This document shows, piece after piece, positions 37,564-51,172 of a DNA stretch of 56,466 bases. How positions within the stretch are numbered: position 1 is the first letter of the stretch; each line of letters begins with the position of its first letter. The notes under the pieces were generated by a model, which saw nothing but the letters and a program-made list of their open reading frames with translations, searched no databases and was not told the origin of the DNA. Location of the stretch: the NCBI GenBank assembly GCA_046046525.1, contig JBJOJQ010000001.1:1-56466 (forward strand). Reading direction: 5' to 3'. This stretch comes from Pseudomonadota bacterium. Its GTDB lineage: Bacteria > Pseudomonadota > Alphaproteobacteria > Sphingomonadales > Sphingomonadaceae. The position numbers and the translations under genes are program-made.

Positions 37564-38711
37564 GCCCCTGCCCCTGCCAACTTGAATTCCTTTGCAATGC
37601 CAACGGCCTGGGGCGCCGCTGGCCGGTCCAGCCCTTCCACCAGATCGGCCAGATCGCGCGTTGCATGGGGCCGGCCAACGCTGCGCGCACGCCCGGCTGC
37701 GTTGATCAGCCCATCCGGATCAAGGCCCAGCTTTTGCATTTGCTTGGCCAATTCCTTGGCAGTGAACTGCGTCTGCGCAATCGCACGCGCGCCACCCGCC
37801 TCCACCATTTCCTGCACATTGGCGGCCTGGTGATTGTCGGTGGCGCTGGGCAAGGGCACCAGAATGGCCGGGCGTCCGGCGCAGGTCAGCTCTGAAATCG
37901 TCGAGGCACCGGCCCGGCCAATCACCAGATGTGTCCAGGCAAGGCGTTCGGGAATATCGTTAAGATAGGTCGCAAGGTCTGCCGCGATGCCCAGCTCTGC
38001 ATAACGGGTGCGGACCCGGTCAATATCTTCGGCCCGGCATTGTTGCGTCACTTGCAAGCGCCGGCGCAATGCAACGGGCAGCAGCGACAGGCCATCGGGC
38101 ACGACATCTGACAGGATGGTCGCCCCTTGGCTGCCGCCAATCACCAGCACGCGAAAAACGCTGTCTTCCGAAAAATCGGGGAAGGGCTGTTCGCGCAGCG
38201 CCCGGATGTCATCACGCACGGGATTGCCGACCAGCCACGTCTTGCCGATATATTTCTCATCAAGCCGGGCGATCTTGGGATAAGAAACGGCAATGGCATC
38301 AACGCGCCGCGCAACCAGCCGGTTCACCCGGCCCAGCACGGCATTTTGCTCATGAACCGCGGTCTTGATCCCGGCGCTCCGCGCGGCGAGCAGCGCCGGA
38401 AATGCAGGGTAACCGCCAAAGCCGATGACCGCGGCGGGCTGAAATGTTTCAAACAGACGCAGCGCCATCGCGCGCCCGGCCAGAATGGCTTTTAATCCGG
38501 GCAGCCAGCTCATCGGGTTTTTGGTGATCCGCCCCGCCGGCAGAATATGCGTCTGCACACCATCAAACAGCCCGGGGATACGGGCGCCACGTTCATCGGT
38601 GATCAGCGCCACGCGATGGCCCCGGCGCGTCAGTTCTTCGGCCAGCGCATGGGCGGGCATCATATGGCCGCCTGTGCCGCCAGCTGCCAGAACATAGTGA
38701 CGCCCGGTCAT
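37560..38711 (-). CDS. murG: Undecaprenyl-PP-MurNAc-pentapeptide GlcNAc transferase
   Basis: [36 protein letters not shown]. Confidence 0.97.
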   Translation of the reverse strand: MTGRHYVLAAGGTGGHMMPAHALAEELTRRGHRVALITDERGARIPGLFDGVQTHILPAGRITKNPMSWLPGLKAILAGRAMALRLFETFQPAAVIGFGGYPAFPALLAARSAGIKTAVHEQNAVLGRVNRLVARRVDAIAVSYPKIARLDEKYIGKTWLVGNPVRDDIRALREQPFPDFSEDSVFRVLVIGGSQGATILSDVVPDGLSLLPVALRRRLQVTQQCRAEDIDRVRTRYAELGIAADLATYLNDIPERLAWTHLVIGRAGASTISELTCAGRPAILVPLPSATDNHQAANVQEMVEAGGARAIAQTQFTAKELAKQMQKLGLDPDGLINAAGRARSVGRPHATRDLADLVEGLDRPAAPQAVGIAKEFKLAGAGA

Positions 38712-39903
38712 TTATCGCTCCACTTCACAACATAAGGAGAGCGGGTGAGATAGGGATTTTTTCGCGTAAAGGCGAGAAGCAGGCCAAATCCCGCGCACAA
38801 GGCAATGAGCGAGGACCCGCCATAGCTGATAAAGGGCAAGGTCATCCCCTTGGACGGGGCAAGGCCAACATTGACCGCCATGTTGATCATCGCCTGCACG
38901 GTAAATTGGGTGATCAGCCCTGCCGATGCGAGGACGAGGAAAGAATCCTCTTCATCCAAGAGCTTCACGAACACCCGAATGGCCATGACGAGGAAGATCG
39001 CCGCGATGCCAAGGCACGCCACAAGGCCGAATTCCTCACCGATGACCGAAAAGATATAATCCGTATGCGCCTCAGGCAGCCGGAACTTCATTTCCCCGCC
39101 GCCCGGGCCCGTCCCGAACAGGCCACCCGCCGTAATCGTCGCATGGGCGCTATCGGTTTGATAGGTATCGCCATTCTTGAACAGGAAGTTGTTAATGCGC
39201 TGCGTGGCGACCGGATAGAAAAGATAGGCCGCCATCACGCCAAAGCCGCCGCCGCCCGCCAAAATGCCAACCCAGCGCCAGGACAAGCCCGTCACCATGA
39301 CCATGGCAAACCAGATGGCCGCAAAAATGATCGTCTGGCCAAAATCCGGCTGCATCATCAACAATATCGCGATCACACCCGTGATCAGCCCCGATAAGGG
39401 CACCACCGGCAGGCTGGCATCCTGCGCCCGCAGGGACAACAGCCACGCCATCGCCACAACATAAGCGGGCTTTAGAAATTCAGATGGCTGAAACTGCGAA
39501 ATGCCAACGCCCAGCCAGCGCCGCGCGCCATTGGCCTCAACACCAATCAACGGCACCGCCGCCAGACACAGGAAGAAGAACCCGGCAGCAACCAAAGCTC
39601 CTCGGCGGGCGACGTGCTGGGGCAGCATCGACACCGCGATCATCGCGGGAAAGCCAAGGCACACCCACATTAATTGTCGCCAGAAATAATGCAGCGGCGC
39701 CAGCTGAAAGCTGACATCCGAATAGCGATGCGTCGACGCAGGCGACGCCGCGGCCACCGCGATCAGGCCGATTGAGATCAACACCATGACCAACAGCAGC
39801 AGCATCCGATCAATTTCCCAGAACCACAGCCCGATGGTTGATCGGTCGGACCGGCCGAGACGGGGGGGCTTGGGCTTGCGCGCAACAGCGGCGGGGGTCG
39901 TGA

Positions 39904-39907
<4 letters not shown>
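38708..39907 (-). CDS. ftsW: SEDS peptidoglycan polymerase FtsW
   Basis: NGARRWL, QPSEFLKP, QPDFG, LPEAHTDYIF, KGMTLPFISYGGSS. Confidence 0.96.
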
Positions 39908-42247
<2,340 letters not shown>

Positions 42248-42248
<1 letters not shown>

Positions 42249-43621
42249 CAGCCCTCTCCTGACGTCAGTCCGGCAACGACCGCGCCGAGGCCGACCGCAT
42301 TGGAACCCTTGATCAAAATCGCATCACCTGCCTGGACCAGGTCACGCGCCATGGCCAGCGCGCTTGCCGCATCGGAGAGATGACGCACATCGACTTTACC
42401 TGCGAGCGCATCCGCCAGCGGCGCCATGCCCGGCCCAACGAGCACCGCAATGTCAACGCCCGCGTCGATCACAGGATCGGCCAAGCCGGCATGCAGCGCC
42501 TGGGACTCTGCCCCCAATTCGCGCATTTCGCCCAGCACGGCGATGCGGCGGACTGCCTGTTCCTTGCCCAGCATGGCCAATGTGGCCGCCATCGACACGG
42601 AATTGGCATTATAGCTTTCATCGATCAGCAGCGCTGCACCATCGGCCAAGGCCAGTTGATGGCGCGCGCCGCGCCCGGCCAGCCCCTGCAATTCTGCAAG
42701 CGCCAGCCCGGCTGTGGCCAGATCGCCGCCCATGGCCTGCACCGCGGCCAGCACCGCCAGCGCATTCGACACCCAATGGGCACCCGGTTGCGCCAGCGTG
42801 AAGGACAATTCTGCACCCGGCAGAACCGCAACGATCATCGTGCCATGGTCCAGCGGGACGACATCGCGGGCATAAATATCCGCGCCGGGATCCCGCCCAA
42901 AGGTCAGGACGGTTGCGGCATGCGCCCGCGCATGGCCCAGCAAACGGTCCCGATAGGGGGTGTCAAACGGCACAATGGCCGTTCCGCCGGGTTCCAGGCC
43001 CTGGAAAATCTCTCCCTTGGCGTCGGCAATGGCCTCCATCGACCCCAGATTTTCGATATGGGCCGGGGCAATGGCAGTGATCAGCGCGACATGCGGCCGT
43101 ACAAGGCGGGTCAGGCCCGCAATCTCTCCGGCATGGTTCATGCCCATTTCAAAGACGCCAAATCGCGTGTCGGCCGCCATGCGCGACAGGCTGAGCGGCA
43201 CACCCGTATGGTTGTTATAGCTTTTGACGGACCGGTGCACCGGCCCCTTATTCGCGCGAGCAAGGGCGGCCGCCAGCGCCTCTTTCGTCCCCGTTTTGCC
43301 AACCGACCCGGTGACACCCGCGATCCGCGCCTGTGTCCGCCCCCGCGCCGCTACGCCCAAGGCGTTCAGGGCGGCCATGGTATCGGGCACAAGGACGTGC
43401 GGATAGGGCACCGGCGTGGAAACGATCGCGCCCGCTGCACCTTGGGCAAAGGCACCATCAACAAAGCGATGACCGTCCGTCACATCGCCCTTCATGGCAA
43501 TGAACAGATCACCCGGGCCGATTTCCCGGCTGTCAAAGGCCACACCGCCAACCGCAAAATCGCCCGACGCCTGTCCGTGCGTTGCGGCGGCGATCTCTGC
43601 TGATGTCCACAGGCGGCTCAT
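42248..43621 (-). CDS. murF: UDP-MurNAc-tripeptide--D-Ala-D-Ala ligase
   Basis: [38 protein letters not shown]. Confidence 0.96.
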
Positions 43622-45036
43622 GCTGCGCACTCCCGCGCCACGGTTACATCATCAAAGGGAAGCACTTTATCACCCACAATCTGCCCCTGTTCATGGCCTT
43701 TGCCGGCCACCAGAATAATGTCATCGGGGCCGGATTCAGCGATGGCGGCCGCAATCGCATCTCGACGCCCCGGCACCTCAATAGCCCCCGGCGCTGCGTC
43801 CAAAATCGCCGCGCGAATGGCCGCTGGGTCTTCGGAACGGGGATTATCGTCCGTCACAATCACCAGATCCGCCAAGGCGGTGGCCAGCGCGCCCATTTCC
43901 GGCCGCTTGCCTGTATCACGGTCGCCGCCTGCGCCGAAAACGATGATCAGGCGGCCTTTGCAATGCGGGCGGAGCGCTGCAATCGCGGCTTCGATGGCGT
44001 CCGGCGTGTGCGCATAATCGACATAGACCGGCGCGCCAGACCGCGCGATAACCGCCCGTTCCAGACGACCGCGGACCGGCTGAAGCCGGGCCAGATTGGC
44101 GATTGTCGTGGCGACATTGCCGCCGGTTGCAATCACCAGCCCGGCTGCGACCAGCGCATTGGCGGCCTGATACGCGCCAATCAGCGGCAGGGTGAGCGTG
44201 TATTTTTGCCCTTCGGCTTCAACCACAAGATGCTGGCCCAACTGTCCGGGTGTCCGTTCAATCAGGCGCAGCGCGCTGCCATTCTGGCCCACGGTGAACA
44301 GCGCCAAGCCACGTTCGCGCGCCAGATCTATCACCCGGTCTGAATATTCGCCGGCATCGGCCCAGACCACAGCCGCGCCATCCCCGTCGACCACTTCGGA
44401 AAACAGGCGCAGCTTGGCCGTAAAATAATTGGCCATATCACCATGATAATCGAGGTGATCGCGCGACAAATTGGTGAAGGCGGCGGCCCGCACGGGCAGA
44501 CCTTCGGTCCGGCATTGGTGCAGACCATGGCTGGACGCTTCAAAGGCGACATGGCTCACCCCTTCGCGCTTCAGGCCCGCCATGTTCGACAAAAAGGTCA
44601 CAATATCCGGGGTTGTGAGGCCGGTGACGACGCGTTCATCAGCGGTGGTCACACCCAGCGTGCCAATGGACGCGGCGTGATGGCCGGCCATGCGCCACAA
44701 TTGGCGCGTCATTTCCACCGTCGATGTTTTGCCGTTGGTGCCGGTCACAGCAACAGTGATGTCGGGAAAGGGTTCAAAGAAGCGGGCCGCCAAAAGAGCA
44801 AAGGCCCGCCTTGGTTCATCGCTGGAAATATGGATGGCGCCTTCGACCCGCGCCTCGGGCCGCGCCACAACCGCAATGGCGCCAGAGGCAATGGCCGCCG
44901 CGATAAAATCTTCGCCATTCACCCGCGCGCCAGGAAATGCGCCAAAAATCGTGCCTGGCGCCACCTTGCGATGGTCAATCGCAAAGCCGGTCACAGGCCG
45001 GGCATCATCTGTGTGGAGGAGCGTGCCGAGCTTCAT
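43618..45036 (-). CDS. murE: UDP-MurNAc-dipeptide--meso-DAP ligase
   Basis: TGTNGKTS, EASSHGL, DYAHTPD, DNPR (DAP specificity), AGKGHE. Confidence 0.97.
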   Translation of the reverse strand: MKLGTLLHTDDARPVTGFAIDHRKVAPGTIFGAFPGARVNGEDFIAAAIASGAIAVVARPEARVEGAIHISSDEPRRAFALLAARFFEPFPDITVAVTGTNGKTSTVEMTRQLWRMAGHHAASIGTLGVTTADERVVTGLTTPDIVTFLSNMAGLKREGVSHVAFEASSHGLHQCRTEGLPVRAAAFTNLSRDHLDYHGDMANYFTAKLRLFSEVVDGDGAAVVWADAGEYSDRVIDLARERGLALFTVGQNGSALRLIERTPGQLGQHLVVEAEGQKYTLTLPLIGAYQAANALVAAGLVIATGGNVATTIANLARLQPVRGRLERAVIARSGAPVYVDYAHTPDAIEAAIAALRPHCKGRLIIVFGAGGDRDTGKRPEMGALATALADLVIVTDDNPRSEDPAAIRAAILDAAPGAIEVPGRRDAIAAAIAESGPDDIILVAGKGHEQGQIVGDKVLPFDDVTVARECAA

Positions 45037-46733
45037 TCCGCTTTCGCCTTATCTTTCCAGATGAGCGTGCGCATATCATCCAGCGGCATGTCCTTCGATG
45101 GATCAGGGAACACACCCAGCATCGGCCCCGTCCGGGCGATGACCTTGGATACGACGGGTGCTGCCGTCCAGGCCGCCGTTGTCAGGCCAAAGGATTCCGC
45201 ATTGCCTTTGGGCGCATCAAGCATGGCTATGACGACATAGCGGGGATCATCCATCGGGAAGGCCGCGGCAAAGGTCGACACGTTGACATGCTGTGAATAG
45301 CCGCCAACGCCCGGCTTTTCGGCCGTGCCTGTCTTTCCGCCCACCCGCATGCCAAGCACATCCGCCTTTTTGCCCGTGCCGTCGGTGACAATGAGGCGCA
45401 GCAATTTGCGCATCGTGTCGCTGGTTTGCTGCGTAAACACGCGCTGGCCGGGAGGGCGGCGCCCGGGGGCAACCTTCAGCAGCGTCGCAGGCCGCAGGAT
45501 ACCGCCATTGATCAGGGCCGAATAAGCGGACGCCAATTGCAGGGGCGACACTGCAATGCCGTGCCCATATGCCGTCGTCATCGTCGTCGAACGCCCCCAG
45601 GATGCCGGAACAAGGGGACGGCCCTTTTCACGCAGTTCGATGTCGGGCGCTGTGTAAAAGCCCATGCGGCGGAACAGCTCCTCCATGCGCTTTGCGCCCA
45701 TTTCATCGGCGATGCGGGCGGTGACGATGTTCGATGAATGCACCAACGTTTCCGGCACATTGAGCCAGCGGTTCAAGGGATGGTCATCCTTGATCGAAAA
45801 CCGGCCGACCTGGATCGGCGCCGTTGCGTCATAGCGCTTCGACAGGCTCGAAACGACGCCGACATCCATCGCCCCAGCTATGGCGATCGGCTTAAAGGTG
45901 GACCCCAGTTCATAAACGCTTTGCGTCACGTTGTTGCGCAGCGATTCCGGATTGGCCTGGCTGATCTTATTGGGGTTGAACACCGGCAAGGACACCATCG
46001 CCAGCATCTCGCCGGTATGGACATCCATGACGAGGCCCGTTGCCCCCAGTGCCTGATGGCTCACCATCGCGCTCGACAGTTCAGACTCCATCGCCGCCTG
46101 CACGCGTTTGTCGATCGACAGATAGACGGGGCGGCGGCCCAAGGCGGGGTCAGACAATTGCTTTTCGAGCACGCGTTCCATGCCCATCTTCCCGCGGCCG
46201 TCCATATCTGTGTACCCCAGAACATGGGCCGCAAGCGTCAATTGCGGGTAGAGGCGTTCTGGCTCGCGGGAAAAGGCCATGCCCGGCTCTCCCAGCGCAT
46301 TCACCTGTGCCACCAAATCGGGCATCGCCCGCCGACGCAGATATGTGAAGCGCACGCGTGATTTCAGGATCGCCAGATATTCGGCCTCGGTCCGTTCGGG
46401 CATCAGCGCCGCCAGCTTGGGCGCCAGATCTTCAGGCCGGTTGAGCAAGCGGGTGGGATGCACGCCAATGGACCAGGCCTCCATCGTGCGCGCCAGCACT
46501 TCGCCATTGCGATCGACAATATCGGCGCGCGGCGGCATCAGGGCATCGACGCCCCCCCGGCCATTGCCGCCATCGGCAAAGACGCTGAGCCACAAAAGCC
46601 GAAGCGCGATGACAAAAGCCACCGCGCTGAACAAAAGCATCAGAACCATCAGCCGTTGATGAGCAATCGCGAGCGACTGATCCCTGCCCTCGACTTGACG
46701 TGTCCGGCCGACCCGGGCGACGTAGGCGGTCAC
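45033..46733 (-). CDS. ftsI: Divisome transpeptidase PBP3
   Basis: RADIVDRNG, GSTFK (SxxK), SSN, KTGTA; dcw position. Confidence 0.94.
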   Translation of the reverse strand: MTAYVARVGRTRQVEGRDQSLAIAHQRLMVLMLLFSAVAFVIALRLLWLSVFADGGNGRGGVDALMPPRADIVDRNGEVLARTMEAWSIGVHPTRLLNRPEDLAPKLAALMPERTEAEYLAILKSRVRFTYLRRRAMPDLVAQVNALGEPGMAFSREPERLYPQLTLAAHVLGYTDMDGRGKMGMERVLEKQLSDPALGRRPVYLSIDKRVQAAMESELSSAMVSHQALGATGLVMDVHTGEMLAMVSLPVFNPNKISQANPESLRNNVTQSVYELGSTFKPIAIAGAMDVGVVSSLSKRYDATAPIQVGRFSIKDDHPLNRWLNVPETLVHSSNIVTARIADEMGAKRMEELFRRMGFYTAPDIELREKGRPLVPASWGRSTTMTTAYGHGIAVSPLQLASAYSALINGGILRPATLLKVAPGRRPPGQRVFTQQTSDTMRKLLRLIVTDGTGKKADVLGMRVGGKTGTAEKPGVGGYSQHVNVSTFAAAFPMDDPRYVVIAMLDAPKGNAESFGLTTAAWTAAPVVSKVIARTGPMLGVFPDPSKDMPLDDMRTLIWKDKAKAE

Positions 46734-47371
46734 TGACCCTGATTGCCCTTTCCGCCTGCGGCCTGGCTTTCATTTTCAGCCCGGACCAGAATTTCGCTGA
46801 ATGTACCTTGATCCACCAAAGTGCGGTCCAGCATCGCAAATTTCTGCGTCTTTGCGGCCGGACGCTTGTCGGCAACGGCGGTTTTCGTCGCAGCGGCGGG
46901 CTTGGCGGCAGGCGCCTTGCGGACCGCCGCATCGGCCGAAGCTACCGTAACCGCAACAGGCTTGGCGGGTGTCACCGCAGGGGCCACTGCGGCCGTTTGC
47001 GCCGGGGCCACGCCCGTATCGGTGCGGGTGGCGGCTGCAACCATGACTGGCGGCGGCGCAAAGTTATTGCCCGGCACGGCATTGCCATCGATGTTGCGCA
47101 AGGCCGTTTCTGTCGCACGGAACTGGCTTGCACTGGGTGCGGACAGGGCCAGGGCCTCAACATTCCAGCGCTCCAGCTGACGCAGCGAGGCGCGGGTGCC
47201 CAGTTCCGTCTGCAATTGGCGAATGTCGCGCTGTGTGGACGCAATTTGGCGATCCAGATCCTCAAGGCGCGTCCGTTCTGACGCAACGCTTAAGGACACG
47301 GTGTAAAGCGCGGTTGCGGCGAATGCACACCCCGCGACCCAGATAACAGGGCGGAATCTGTGAGCGATCAT
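46730..47371 (-). CDS. ftsL: FtsL-like division protein with extended C-terminus
   Basis: Single N-terminal TM plus coiled coil ([21 protein letters not shown]); between rsmH and ftsI; Ala/Pro/Lys-rich tail. Confidence 0.72.
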   Translation of the reverse strand: MIAHRFRPVIWVAGCAFAATALYTVSLSVASERTRLEDLDRQIASTQRDIRQLQTELGTRASLRQLERWNVEALALSAPSASQFRATETALRNIDGNAVPGNNFAPPPVMVAAATRTDTGVAPAQTAAVAPAVTPAKPVAVTVASADAAVRKAPAAKPAAATKTAVADKRPAAKTQKFAMLDRTLVDQGTFSEILVRAENESQAAGGKGNQGQ

Positions 47372-48306
47372 GCAGCACCTCGGATCGTTTCTGGCCAGGA
47401 ATGGGCCGATGTGCGCCGCGCGACACGCAAGGTGGCGGAACGGGCACGGGGGTTTTTGTGAAGTTCAATTTCACCGGGACGAACCGGCTTGGCGACGGAG
47501 TCGAACGTGGCGGCGGGGCCGGTTGGGCCGACATCAGGCAGATGGCGTGAACCGCCCGGCTGCTGACCGCTGCGATCCCGCAAGAAACGCTTTACAATGC
47601 GGTCTTCCAGGCTGTGGAAGGTGACAACCGCCAGACGGCCGCCGGGCTTCAGAACGCGTTCTGCCGCGGCCAGGCCGTCTTCCAGCTCCCCCAATTCACG
47701 ATTGATGTGGATCCGGATGGCCTGAAAGCTCCGCGTGGCAGGATCGCTCTTTTGGCCGTCCCGCCAGCCAACCGCACGGCGCACAACCGCCGCCAGCTCA
47801 GCTGTCCGATGGATTGGCCGCGCCGCGACAATCGCGCGGGCGATGCGCCGGGACTTTGGTTCATCGCCATAACGATAAATCACGTCCGCAATATCGGCTT
47901 CGTCCGCTTCATTCACGAAATCCGCCGCGCTCTGCCCGGATTGTTCCATGCGCATGTCGAGCGGGCCATCATTCTGGAATGAAAAACCACGCTCTGCCTG
48001 ATCCAGCTGCATGGACGACACGCCAATGTCGAGCGTGACGCCATCGACCGGCGCATCAATATGCTGCGCCATCGCGGAAAAGCGATCTTCGATCAGCGTC
48101 AACGTGTCCGGCGCATCCTTGCGGCCAGCCGCAATGGCGTCGGGATCCCGATCAAAGGCGATGACCCGCGCCCCTGCATCAAGCATGGCGCGGGTGTAGC
48201 CGCCGGCTCCGAACGTGCCATCGACATGCGTTTCGCCGGGGCTGATGGCGAGCGCTGCGATGACTTCATCGAGCAGGACGGGGATATGGGGCGCACTGCG
48301 GGGCAT
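47368..48306 (-). CDS. rsmH: 16S rRNA m4C1402 methyltransferase
   Basis: [45 protein letters not shown]. Confidence 0.97.
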   Translation of the reverse strand: MPRSAPHIPVLLDEVIAALAISPGETHVDGTFGAGGYTRAMLDAGARVIAFDRDPDAIAAGRKDAPDTLTLIEDRFSAMAQHIDAPVDGVTLDIGVSSMQLDQAERGFSFQNDGPLDMRMEQSGQSAADFVNEADEADIADVIYRYGDEPKSRRIARAIVAARPIHRTAELAAVVRRAVGWRDGQKSDPATRSFQAIRIHINRELGELEDGLAAAERVLKPGGRLAVVTFHSLEDRIVKRFLRDRSGQQPGGSRHLPDVGPTGPAATFDSVAKPVRPGEIELHKNPRARSATLRVARRTSAHSWPETIRGAA

Positions 48307-48791
48307 CAGCGCACACCTCGTTCTGCCATCAGGAAGGCAGCAACGTCCTTGGTCTCCTCGTCAATACCGGGGGTGTCGATGAGGAGATTGGGGTTCCAGA
48401 TTTCAAAGGTATTGCCGGTGCCAAAGAAGAAGGCGAGGTCAGACAATTGGGCCTTTGCGCGGAAAAAAGCCGGCAGAATGAACCGCCCGCTCGCATCATA
48501 AGGCACTTCTTCGACCAAGCCGAAGGCACGGCGATTATTGTTGAAATAGTCAAAGTCGCGGCCGGCGGAACGTTCCCGTTCCTCCTCGCGCTCCAGCCGA
48601 TCATGCAGCAGGCGCGACCAGCCCCGGTCATAACCGGTCAGGCAGGGATCTTGTTGATGTTTGGCGATGATGAGGACGCGGCCATCGCTGTTTTTCTCGA
48701 TCGCAGAGCGCAGAAAGGCAGGGATCGCGACACGGCCTTTGCCGTCAATCGCGTTCAGCGCATGCCCCCTGAAAAGCTCCCTCTCGCTCAC
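48306..48791 (-). CDS. mraZ: Division/cell wall cluster transcriptional regulator MraZ
   Basis: [10 protein letters not shown] and DASGRFILP repeats; first gene of the dcw cluster; GTG start. Confidence 0.93.
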   Translation of the reverse strand: MSERELFRGHALNAIDGKGRVAIPAFLRSAIEKNSDGRVLIIAKHQQDPCLTGYDRGWSRLLHDRLEREEERERSAGRDFDYFNNNRRAFGLVEEVPYDASGRFILPAFFRAKAQLSDLAFFFGTGNTFEIWNPNLLIDTPGIDEETKDVAAFLMAERGVR

Positions 48792-48870
48792 AACACCCCT
48801 CTTGTCACAGGGGCATCAAAGGGCCTCCTCCGAGCCGCAGCACCACGCCACGCCCGGCCAATTCAATGAT

Positions 48871-48960
48871 GAATCAGGACAGCCCCGCCCCAATCTGACG
48901 GAATCAGGACGTATCAGGGAATCATGGGGACAGCAAGGGATTTAACGGGTGAAACGGGGA
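48871..48960 (+). repeat. 10-bp-phased direct repeats upstream of mraZ (putative MraZ operator)
   Basis: GAATCAGGAC at 48871 and 48901; six consecutive 10-mers from 48901 end in GGAC/GGGA/GGGA/GGGA/GGGT/GGGA. Confidence 0.7.
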
Positions 48961-48983
48961 TTTATCGCCCTAATTTGGAATTT

Positions 48984-49745
48984 TCATGGGGATTCTGCGA
49001 TTCTTGGGGGCTGTTCTTTGTCTCTTTGAACCCTTTCATTTGATTGATTTTGCTGGGATATTTGCTGAAACAGGTACTGAATGGCGGCAGATCCCCGATC
49101 ATCCCCGTCAAATTCGGGCGGAGTCGCGATGAAATCTGCGTCTGCGATCAGCGCCACCGCCCCCTTGCCCAGCGTGCATTGGGCCACCGCCGGATCCTGC
49201 ACCACGCAGCCCGGTTGCTGCACGACCCAGCGTCCGCTGCCCGGCAGGGCAATGATCTGATCCTGGATCCGGGCCTGTCGTGGCGGCGCACCGGGTGGAT
49301 CGGGCACAAGCCGCACGCCCCAATGCGTGAACAAGGGGGTGAGCAACGTCTGTACAGGCGCACGCCGCGGGTCGCCCGCTGCATAGTGCGAGGGCCAGCG
49401 CAAATCCGGGTCCACAAGAAGAACGGCCCGCCCGCCCGCCCGAACCCAGGCATCAATCGCCACCAGTTCATCGGGGGCCAAGGCAGAAGGTTGCGCGATC
49501 AGCAAATGCCGCACCGCGGACAAATGCTGCGGCCGGGCGATATCAAGGGGCGTGACCTGCCAATGCTGCCCAAGGCCGGCAAGCGCTGGATGCGCGCCCG
49601 CTGTGCCATTGAGGACACCCGAAATATCGCCTTCCCCCCAAAAAAGCGGAAGGGCCGTCAAAATATGCAGCGGCGATTTGGCGGTTGGGGGTGGATCTGC
49701 CGTGCAGCCGCCAAGCAAGGCAGCCGCAAGCAGCCAAAATCTCAT
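48984..49745 (-). CDS. Putative lipoprotein, GldG/DUF4350-like auxiliary domain
   Basis: Lipobox LLGGC; LALPLFWGE-like segment, LIAQP..LAPDELVAIDAWVRAGG, GKGAVALIADADF. Confidence 0.7.
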   Translation of the reverse strand: MRFWLLAAALLGGCTADPPPTAKSPLHILTALPLFWGEGDISGVLNGTAGAHPALAGLGQHWQVTPLDIARPQHLSAVRHLLIAQPSALAPDELVAIDAWVRAGGRAVLLVDPDLRWPSHYAAGDPRRAPVQTLLTPLFTHWGVRLVPDPPGAPPRQARIQDQIIALPGSGRWVVQQPGCVVQDPAVAQCTLGKGAVALIADADFIATPPEFDGDDRGSAAIQYLFQQISQQNQSNERVQRDKEQPPRIAESP

Positions 49746-50005
49746 TTCTTGGCAGGCGCGTCGTCAGACGGCGCTGCGGCACCCGGGGCCAGCCCAAGTT
49801 CCGCCATCGGCTCATTTTTTTCATCAGCCGGCTTGGCGACCTGCCCCGTCACGGTCGGCGCAACGGGCACCTTGGCCGGGCCAAGTTGTTGCAACATCGC
49901 ATTCGCCAAACCAATGAGCAGCAAGATACCGCACAGGCCGGTCACGCCCACACGGATGCGCCGCCAGCTTTCATTGCGATCCTGAAGCCAGTCATTGGGA
50001 GCCAT
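49742..50005 (-). CDS. Small single-pass membrane protein
   Basis: RIRVGVTGLCGILLLIGLA TM, EPMAELGLAP; starts 2 nt after the cysK stop and overlaps the lipoprotein start (ATGA). Confidence 0.75.
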   Translation of the reverse strand: MAPNDWLQDRNESWRRIRVGVTGLCGILLLIGLANAMLQQLGPAKVPVAPTVTGQVAKPADEKNEPMAELGLAPGAAAPSDDAPAKK

Positions 50006-50007
50006 GA

Positions 50008-50997
50008 TCAGTCCTTCAGCCAGTCAAACACCGGCAGATTTTTGGCGCGAAGCCATTCTGAATTATATAGGGTCGATAGATAGCGAAACCCAGTATCGCA
50101 CAAAATGGTCGCCACGGTCTTGCCCGGCCCCAAGTGCCGCGCCAGCGCAACGGCCCCCGCGACATTGATGCCCGACGACAGCCCAAGGCACAGCCCTTCC
50201 TCGCGCAAAAGGCGGGCCACCCAGTACAGGCCTTCCTCGTCTGAAATACGGAACTGCGTATCGATGGGCGCGCCTTCAAGATTGGCGGTGATGCGGCTTT
50301 GGCCAATGCCTTCCGCGACTGAGCTGCCTTCGGCTTTCAATTCGCCATGCGCGTAATAATTGTACAGCGCGGCCCCAAAGGGATCGGTGAGCGCAATGAC
50401 AATGTCGTCATTCCGGGCCTTCAGGCCAAGGCCGACCCCCGCGATGGTGCCTCCGGTGCCGGCTGCACAGGTAAAGCCGTGCACCTGCCCTTCGGTCTGG
50501 GCCCAGATTTCTTCGGCGGTGCCCACAATATGGGCCTTGCGGTTGGCGATATTATCGAACTGATTGGCCCAAATGGCGCCTTCCGTTTCCTCGGCAATCC
50601 GGCGCGACGTATGGACGAAATGGCCGGGATTGGTGAAGGGCGCGGGCGGCACCAGCACAAGCTCTGCCCCCAAAGCGCGCAGCGTATCCATTTTTTCCCG
50701 ACTTTGCGTATCGGGCATGACGATGATCGTCTTATAGCCCTTGGCATTGGCGACCAGCGCCAGGCCGATGCCGGTATTTCCGGCCGTGCCTTCAACAATG
50801 GTGCCGCCCGGCAACAGGGCGCCCCGTGCCTCGGCATCCTCAACAATGAACAGCGCCGCGCGGTCCTTTACCGACGCGCCGGGGTTCGCATATTCGCATT
50901 TCGCGACAATGGTGCAGCCCGTTTCAGCCGACGGACCTTCAAGCTTGACCAGCGGCGTATTGCCGATCAGCGCCAATGGATGTGCAGTTACAGACAT
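50008..50997 (-). CDS. cysK: Cysteine synthase A (PLP-dependent)
   Basis: IGNTPLV, NPGASVKDR, EGTAGNTG, NQFDN, GTGGT, EGIG. Confidence 0.9.
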   Translation of the reverse strand: MSVTAHPLALIGNTPLVKLEGPSAETGCTIVAKCEYANPGASVKDRAALFIVEDAEARGALLPGGTIVEGTAGNTGIGLALVANAKGYKTIIVMPDTQSREKMDTLRALGAELVLVPPAPFTNPGHFVHTSRRIAEETEGAIWANQFDNIANRKAHIVGTAEEIWAQTEGQVHGFTCAAGTGGTIAGVGLGLKARNDDIVIALTDPFGAALYNYYAHGELKAEGSSVAEGIGQSRITANLEGAPIDTQFRISDEEGLYWVARLLREEGLCLGLSSGINVAGAVALARHLGPGKTVATILCDTGFRYLSTLYNSEWLRAKNLPVFDWLKD

Positions 50998-51172
50998 GAC
51001 TCTCCCGTAGCGCGCTTTCCCTCAGGACGGCAAGCGAGTTGCACTTGTGCCGTATATATCCAAGAGTGAAGTATCTTTTTAGGGCAAAGAGATTTTGATG
51101 GCGCATTCTGGGGGCAATAGTATTCCCTGCATACAAAAGCGCCGCGCGAGTTCGACGCCTGGGGGGGATTAG

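Noticed and set aside
48871-48960. CRISPR-like array
   Set aside because: Units are 10 bp and degenerate, with no spacers and no cas genes; fits a transcription-factor operator.
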